From Candidatus Heimdallarchaeota archaeon (GTDB lineage: Archaea; Asgardarchaeota; Heimdallarchaeia; JABLTI01): DNA of 43,026 bases. This document shows positions 37,122 through 43,026 of the stretch, piece after piece (positions within the stretch are counted from its first letter, which is position 1; every line of letters begins with the position of its first letter). Both the position numbers and the translations under genes were made by a program. Location of the stretch: NCBI GenBank assembly GCA_018238155.1, contig JABCTZ010000015.1:1-43026 (forward strand), in the 5' to 3' direction. The notes beneath the pieces were generated by a model that worked only from the letters and a program-made list of their open reading frames with translations, searched no databases and was not told the origin of the DNA.

Positions 37122-38024
37122 ATGCAAGATTCAGTATTAGTTTTCGGAGGAACAGGTAATTATGGACAATTTATCGTGAGAAGTTTGGTTCAAAAGAAAA
37201 TACCAGTAAAGGTTTTCACTCGAGATGCTGAAAGAGCTAAAAAGAAACTTGGTGAAGAACCGGTCTTCTTTGAGGGAGATGTTCTTAATAGAAAATCAAT
37301 TATTGGTTCACTTGTAGACGTTAAGGCAATAATCATTACTTTATCTGCAATGCATGCTAAACTTATTCGAAAACAAAAGATGATAGAACACGATGCAGTT
37401 ATGGTCATCTTGGATGAAGCAGAAAAACGGCAAATAAAACGAATTGTTTTCATTTCAATTTATGATACACAAAAAGAATTAATCGACAAATTGAAACTAG
37501 AAGTAGGCTATTATAAAATAGCGATAGAAGATCGATTGGCAAAGTCCAATTTCAACTGGACGGTTTTAGGTTGCCCGCCATCATTTATGATCTTCAAAAG
37601 TTTCACTCGAAAAAGAATGATGATCGTTCCCGGAGGAGGCTCACCATTAATGCCTTCATTAGCTCCACAAGATGTGGGTGAGATTGCTGCTCAAGCGGTC
37701 ATAAGAGACGATCTAAATAAAAAACGATTTCGTATGACTTCTGCTGAACCATTTTCATTTCCAGAGGTAGCAGAAAGAATCTCATCTGTTCTTGGAAGAA
37801 AGATAAAATATCGTAAATTACCACTATTTGGTCTGAAAATTGCTTCTATTGCAACTTATCCATTTAATCCCTATCTAAGACATTTAGTAAAATATGTCCA
37901 ATTACTGAATAATTTCCCAACCGATATAGCTAAACAAGCTGTTGTGGATCACCAAATTCTAAAGAGTACATTTGATTATGAATCCATGTCATTGGAAGAT
38001 TACATAAGAATAAGTCTCAAATAA
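37122..38024 (+). CDS. NmrA-like NAD(P)-binding oxidoreductase (atypical SDR)
   Basis: VLVFGGTGNYG Rossmann motif; DVGEIAA; SFPEVAERIS.VLGRKIKY. Confidence 0.9.
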   Translation: MQDSVLVFGGTGNYGQFIVRSLVQKKIPVKVFTRDAERAKKKLGEEPVFFEGDVLNRKSIIGSLVDVKAIIITLSAMHAKLIRKQKMIEHDAVMVILDEAEKRQIKRIVFISIYDTQKELIDKLKLEVGYYKIAIEDRLAKSNFNWTVLGCPPSFMIFKSFTRKRMMIVPGGGSPLMPSLAPQDVGEIAAQAVIRDDLNKKRFRMTSAEPFSFPEVAERISSVLGRKIKYRKLPLFGLKIASIATYPFNPYLRHLVKYVQLLNNFPTDIAKQAVVDHQILKSTFDYESMSLEDYIRISLK

Positions 38025-38124
38025 TTATAAAATTGAAAAAGAAAAAATTAGGCTAAGAACAACAAGAGCAAACTTTATTCAGTAGTTAGAATAGTCATAA
38101 TTGATTAGTAAATTGATATAATTA

Positions 38125-39105
38125 GTGGAGAAATTAAAATTGGCTTTAGGTTTAATTGCTTGGTCATTCAAGAGTGTTAAAATAAACGTACTAAATAAAA
38201 AAGCAATCAAATATGCAGAAAAAAAAGAATTTGAGAAAGCAATTGCTACTTTTCTAAAGGTACTTGATGAAATGCCTGATCATGCAATTACCTGGCAAAA
38301 TATTGGTACGGCTTATTATGAATCGAAAAATTTGGAAAAGGCTGCTGAGAGCTTCAAAAAAGCATTTCAAAAAGATTCATCTTTAGTTGCAGCAGGGTTT
38401 AATTGGGGTACTTCATTAATTGCTCTAGGTAAGCATTCAGAAGCAATAACCGCTTTTGAATCTGCGTTAAAGGAAGAACCTGATACAATTCAAGGAAGAC
38501 TTGAATTGGCTAAATTGTACTGGCACGAAGGGAAGCATCAAAAAGCAATAGATGATTTTCTAAAAGTTCTAAAAAGTGATGAACAAAACATTGATGCGAT
38601 AAAAGGTGCTGCAGAAGCTTATCTTAGGACAAATCAAAGAACCAAAGCAATAAAATATTTCGAAAAAGCATTAGAAGTTGATCCTGAGGATACTTATTCA
38701 TTATATAAACTAGGTTGTTTATTTGCTGATAATAAGAAATTCGATCTTGGTCGAGAGATATTGGAAAAGGCTCTGAAAATAAATCCCAATTTTCATGACC
38801 CTCGATTTATGATCGCTAAGATTGATATTATTACTGGAAAATACCTTGAAGCAATAAAAAACCTTGATAAATTAAATAAAAGTTATCCCAATAATTGGGA
38901 AATTTTATTCTTTTTAGGACAAGCATTAGGCAATAGTGGAAATCTCAAAAAAGCAATAACTATTCTCGATCAAGTAGTAAAACTTCAACCTAATTTAGCT
39001 GATGCGTGGAAATTCTTGGCAATCTGCCATAATAAATTAGGGGATAAAGATAAAGCTACAATGTATGAAAAAAAGTATAGAACTATGGTAAAACAATTAC
39101 CCTAG
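38125..39105 (+). CDS. Tetratricopeptide repeat protein
   Basis: Repeated W..IG..Y......EKA...F.KA....P 34-aa units. Confidence 0.93.
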   Translation: MEKLKLALGLIAWSFKSVKINVLNKKAIKYAEKKEFEKAIATFLKVLDEMPDHAITWQNIGTAYYESKNLEKAAESFKKAFQKDSSLVAAGFNWGTSLIALGKHSEAITAFESALKEEPDTIQGRLELAKLYWHEGKHQKAIDDFLKVLKSDEQNIDAIKGAAEAYLRTNQRTKAIKYFEKALEVDPEDTYSLYKLGCLFADNKKFDLGREILEKALKINPNFHDPRFMIAKIDIITGKYLEAIKNLDKLNKSYPNNWEILFFLGQALGNSGNLKKAITILDQVVKLQPNLADAWKFLAICHNKLGDKDKATMYEKKYRTMVKQLP

Positions 39106-39258
39106 TCCGTACTTTTCTCTTTTCTATATTTTTTATTTTTTATGTGAATCATCAACCAAAAAGTATTTTTTTTGTGTCTTAAAGAAGAAGCAAAACGTTT
39201 ATGTCGATGTTAACTAGTAAAAAAGTCAGTAATCGATACACAAAAGAGAGAAGAAAAA

Positions 39259-39786
39259 ATGGTTAGAACATTCTTTAAAAGAAAAGCAAGTGTAATAAAT
39301 AGATATCTGATAATTTTTATCGTATGCGCAGTACTAGGAGTCGCTTCATTTGCAGTATTCGCAGCTTTAGTATCTGATTATACATTAATTTCCATTCTAC
39401 CTGTATTCGTTGTTGTTGCGTGCTCCTTGACTGGATTTCGGAACCTTGACGGTTATCTTAAGGCTATCAAGGTAAAGAAGCCAATTGAAGTATTAGTCGA
39501 GGAAAAAAATGTTAAAGCACTAATGAACAATGTAAAACTAGGAAAAGAAATGGGTTTTGAAGCAGATTTGCGATATGTGTTGAGTATGTATGCCATGGTC
39601 GATATTGATTCAAATAAAATCTTTCCAACTTTACTAGGACATTATATGAATTATAAAAAAACAAACAACAAAATGCCCAAAATATTCACTAATGCACTAA
39701 AATTTCATGCCCAGAAAATCGGAGTAGTCGACTATATAGCGTATGCAGAAGCACAGATACAAGAAATTTTGAAAGTGGTAGAATAA
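39259..39786 (+). CDS. Hypothetical membrane protein (2 TM)
   Basis: 175 aa ORF with two N-terminal hydrophobic helices. Confidence 0.7.
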   Translation: MVRTFFKRKASVINRYLIIFIVCAVLGVASFAVFAALVSDYTLISILPVFVVVACSLTGFRNLDGYLKAIKVKKPIEVLVEEKNVKALMNNVKLGKEMGFEADLRYVLSMYAMVDIDSNKIFPTLLGHYMNYKKTNNKMPKIFTNALKFHAQKIGVVDYIAYAEAQIQEILKVVE

Positions 39787-39924
39787 TGAAAAAAATTCAG
39801 CAAATAACAGATAGAAATCATCGTGTGTTTACACGATAACTTTCTACTGATAATCCTTGATAAAACTAAAAGTAGACATGGGATAAATATGAAATGTTAA
39901 ATATTCTGTAATTACCTTAATAGT

Positions 39925-40392
39925 ATGTATTCTTTAAGAAAAGCTACAAAATATGATATGGAAATATTGATAGAATTTCGTATCGAATTTTTAAAGGATT
40001 TTCAAGAATTGCCATCGGATGAAGAGTTATTAATATTCAAAGAAAATCTAAAGAAATTTCTGATTGAAAAGATGGTCTCTGATGAGTTTGTTGCTTGGTT
40101 GGCAGTTTATGATAATGAAATTGTTGCAACAAGTGGAATATCCTATTTACAAAGACCACCTCATTTTTCGAATCCTTCTGGCAAGTCTGCGTATATTATG
40201 AATATGTATACAAAACCTGAATGGCGTAGAAAAGGCATTGGTTCAGCTATATTTGAGAAGTTATTGGAAGAAATAAAGAAAGCAGGAATACAGAATATTT
40301 CACTCCATGCAACTCCTAATGGTAGAAATCTCTATGAAAAATTTGGTTTTACAGATAGTGAGGATTATATGGGTTTAGATATTTCAGAATAG
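39925..40392 (+). CDS. GNAT family N-acetyltransferase
   Basis: NMYTKPEWRRKGIG; LHATPNGRNLYEKFGF. Confidence 0.93.
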   Translation: MYSLRKATKYDMEILIEFRIEFLKDFQELPSDEELLIFKENLKKFLIEKMVSDEFVAWLAVYDNEIVATSGISYLQRPPHFSNPSGKSAYIMNMYTKPEWRRKGIGSAIFEKLLEEIKKAGIQNISLHATPNGRNLYEKFGFTDSEDYMGLDISE

Positions 40393-40457
40393 CAATGTGA
40401 CCATATTTAGCGAACAAAGAGTGAATATAGAAGCAATTCTTTTTGTAACAACTTTGT

Positions 40458-41156
40458 TCATTTTCTATCCTTTGTTTTTTGTGCAAAAAGAATGTAATGA
40501 CCTGATCCTTTCTTTTTATTGATTCTCTCAATTGTTATTGGTGGCGAGTACCATTCTTTGTAATAAAAATCTTTGAACTCGAAACCTTTGAAGAATTCAA
40601 AAACATCTTCTAATTTAAAGAAGAAATGGGGGATACCTTTCTCAGGTTCTTCCGATTTAATGATAGTTTGTTCATCTACTATTCCTTCCCCATAAAATGG
40701 TATATTGGGATCTTTAGTGAGTAGTGTTAAATATAAGAATCCACCTGGTTTCAGCACTCGAGATATTTCAGAGACCGTCTTAATCACATCGTGTTTGTAT
40801 GCATGATATATAACATTGAATGCGATAACTAAATCGAAATTATTATCCTGATAAGGCAATTCAGTCATCTTTCCCTGTTCTACTTGTGCCTCTAAACCTT
40901 CTTTTTCTAACCACTCATTGGTGCTTCTAACTGCTTCTTCAGAGATATCTAAAGCAGAGACATCATAACCAATAGATGAGAAATAAATAGTATGACGACC
41001 AACTCCACAACCTAAATCCAAAATTTTAGCAGGTGGACTATTTATAGAAAAAAGTAAATTCATAATATATCCGTCTGGTCTCTTCCAGTAAGTAAAATCT
41101 TTCACCTTATTCCAATCCCAACCAACTTGCAGTGATTTTTTAGTCAAATACATCAA
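40458..41156 (-). CDS. Class I SAM-dependent methyltransferase
   Basis: ILDLGCGVGRH, LDIS, FDLVI and RVLKPGG. Confidence 0.93.
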   Translation of the reverse strand: MMYLTKKSLQVGWDWNKVKDFTYWKRPDGYIMNLLFSINSPPAKILDLGCGVGRHTIYFSSIGYDVSALDISEEAVRSTNEWLEKEGLEAQVEQGKMTELPYQDNNFDLVIAFNVIYHAYKHDVIKTVSEISRVLKPGGFLYLTLLTKDPNIPFYGEGIVDEQTIIKSEEPEKGIPHFFFKLEDVFEFFKGFEFKDFYYKEWYSPPITIERINKKKGSGHYILFAQKTKDRK

Positions 41157-41297
41157 CCCAAAATAAATTCAATATCTTAACATCAATCAAAAAATGTTTT
41201 CATTGATAAATCTGATGAGAAATACAAGTTAATTGGGATGAGAGTCTTTGAAAACATATCAGAATAGCTTTTTTAATAATGCTTGTAACAATAAATT

Positions 41298-42284
41298 ATG
41301 AATAAAAACATCGAGAATAGTTTACCCTTATTCATTTATGGTAAAGATCCAATTTATGCTTATATCATTGCAAATGAGCTTATTGTTTTGGAGAAGTTTG
41401 GTGGATTTCGCAACCAGTCAGCGTTAGCATTACATTTCTTATATAAACTTTCTAACAACAGATTAACAAAGGATATTATACCATCTGGATTATCAAAATA
41501 TCTTCAAAATGTAAAACAGTCACAACCATGTATTTGTGGTAAGTACAAATATGAATACTCCGATAACAGCTGCTTAGCTCTCAAACTAGAGATACAAAAG
41601 AAAAAAAAATCGGATAAAATAATTCAATTAAGTGATTTTGCTCTACTTGAATCGAATAATTCATCTAAGGTATGTGTAAATAAATTTGATTTTAGAACTC
41701 ATATATCAGCGAATGAAGCTTTTATTCTGTTTGCCAATATAGTATTTGAGGCCAAGGGAAATATATTGCATTGTAATAATTACTTGCAAACTATACCATT
41801 CGATAAAAAGCAATACATAGAAGTCTTTGATCAACATACACGAATCAATAAATCGGGCTATTCATATCAAATAGAATTATTTTGTCTTGATTATTTTGAA
41901 TACCTACTTGAACAATTAAAAACAAATAAAATTAGTCCGGAAATGATTCTCAGATTAAGTGGACCAAATCTAATTACTACATTAGCTAGTTTCGATTTAC
42001 AAACACGTACTTATGTTTTTGAAAAATTAACCAAACTAAATGAATCAATAGAATTCCTAACAATAAATGAACAAATCTGTTACTCTGTTATGTTTTTGCA
42101 TTCTAGTAACTTGTCTTACTTGCCGGAGTTTTCTCAATTATATAATTTATATATTAAGAATGTTAAGAAATTAATTGCTTTTCATACAAAGAAATTTCCT
42201 GAAAGTGGTAGTGGTGAAATTGAAAACAGAGAATCTCTATTCAAACAATATCTTGGCAATGATTACCAGTATAAACAGTATTGA
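41298..42284 (+). CDS. Hypothetical protein (paralogue of the broken gene at 9763-10349)
   Basis: 328 aa ORF sharing the AFILFAN motif. Confidence 0.7.
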   Translation: MNKNIENSLPLFIYGKDPIYAYIIANELIVLEKFGGFRNQSALALHFLYKLSNNRLTKDIIPSGLSKYLQNVKQSQPCICGKYKYEYSDNSCLALKLEIQKKKKSDKIIQLSDFALLESNNSSKVCVNKFDFRTHISANEAFILFANIVFEAKGNILHCNNYLQTIPFDKKQYIEVFDQHTRINKSGYSYQIELFCLDYFEYLLEQLKTNKISPEMILRLSGPNLITTLASFDLQTRTYVFEKLTKLNESIEFLTINEQICYSVMFLHSSNLSYLPEFSQLYNLYIKNVKKLIAFHTKKFPESGSGEIENRESLFKQYLGNDYQYKQY

Positions 42285-42321
42285 TTATGGGGTTAGCTGA
42301 ATAGAATTTCTAAACCTCGTT

Positions 42322-42558
42322 ATGAACCCATTAAATGATTATCATATTCGAGTTTGCAGAGCTTCAGAGAAAATAACTGACCCAGTAAAAACTGATTGTA
42401 TTTTCAAATTTAGTAAAGAGAGTATCACTGAAATACCAATTATGTGGAATAAACATTTGCCCGAGTTGGGAAAATGCAAGAATAGAGATAATTTTGGTTA
42501 TGCTATTACTGGTCATCGACGGGATGATAATTACTTTGATTTAGAGGATTTACAATAA
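42322..42558 (+). CDS. Short hypothetical ORF or gene fragment
   Basis: 78 aa ORF with no recognisable motif. Confidence 0.3.
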   Translation: MNPLNDYHIRVCRASEKITDPVKTDCIFKFSKESITEIPIMWNKHLPELGKCKNRDNFGYAITGHRRDDNYFDLEDLQ

Positions 42559-42716
42559 TTACATTTGTAATCACCTTTTTCTAAGAAACTTAATAATCTT
42601 TTAGAAATGATAAACAATTGTTTCGTTAGATGCGTCAGAGTAAGAAGAAGAAAAGAGTCTATTTAAGAAATTTTATCGAAAACCAATAACCAATTTTTTT
42701 TGATGAGAGAATAAAA

Positions 42717-43026
42717 ATGAATACAAAAAAACTCACTACTCTGAGAGATTTACTAGTTGAGCTTTCTAAATTCGATGAAGATAATAAAGAAAAGAGAGCG
42801 CAAATAATTGAATCGTTTTCTTTTAAGGACAATCTAGAAACTCTCAATGAATCTGAACTTTCCATAGAGGAAATCAGTGAATTATTAGAACCAATAATGA
42901 TTGCTGATAATGATATTGCGAATGACCTAGTGGATATTTTAGGAATTGAATACTTTGCTGAGAAAGTGAATTCATCTGATAGTGTTACACAAGTAGCTAA
43001 ACTTATTGATCAAATTGAATTTATAT
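42717..43026 (+). CDS. Acidic helical hypothetical protein, running off the right edge
   Basis: ATG 42717 reads MNTKKLTTLRDLLVELSKFDEDNKEK..., open to the end of the window. Confidence 0.65.
   Translation, partial: MNTKKLTTLRDLLVELSKFDEDNKEKRAQIIESFSFKDNLETLNESELSIEEISELLEPIMIADNDIANDLVDILGIEYFAEKVNSSDSVTQVAKLIDQIEFI

Noticed and set aside
371-42865. Many short antisense or alternative-frame ORFs in the track (e.g. 371-607, 8575-8814, 29870-30310, 36714-36986, 42659-42865)
   Set aside because: Shadow ORFs of well-supported genes, with no motifs.
1-43026. Transposases, integrases, phage genes, tRNA or rRNA
   Set aside because: No recognisable motifs for any of these were seen.

Overview
AT-rich archaeal DNA, most likely from an Asgard archaeon (Heimdallarchaeia-like). 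This is an inference from GGTGA-type ribosome-binding sites, TATA boxes, a RING-finger membrane protein, a Bles03/DUF1917 homologue and many secreted proteins ending in a TM plus basic tail. The main signal is not in the ORF track: a ~60-75 bp intergenic element with core TTCTAGMCCTTCAAGAAGAAGC occurs about 18-19 times, always on the + strand. Twelve copies lie in the first 9.8 kb, 659-1388 bp apart (one gap is 139 bp). Each interval holds one gene or one toxin-antitoxin pair: six TA pairs from five families, plus a GNAT, a RING-TM protein, a membrane protein and a hypothetical. The layout resembles an integron cassette array, but the element lacks the invariant AAC/GTT of attC and no integrase is in the window. 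Its left and right flanks are shuffled between copies, as expected if recombination occurs within it. From 10 to 33 kb the copies thin out and decay among surface/secreted proteins (ABC exporter, C13-like peptidase, LRR, two S8 proteases, BspA/DUF285), duplications and pseudogenes. The last ~10 kb is ordinary accessory content (AlkA, MBL hydrolase, Zn-dehydrogenase, NmrA, TPR, GNAT, methyltransferase). All family calls are by-eye motif recognition; no searches were run.
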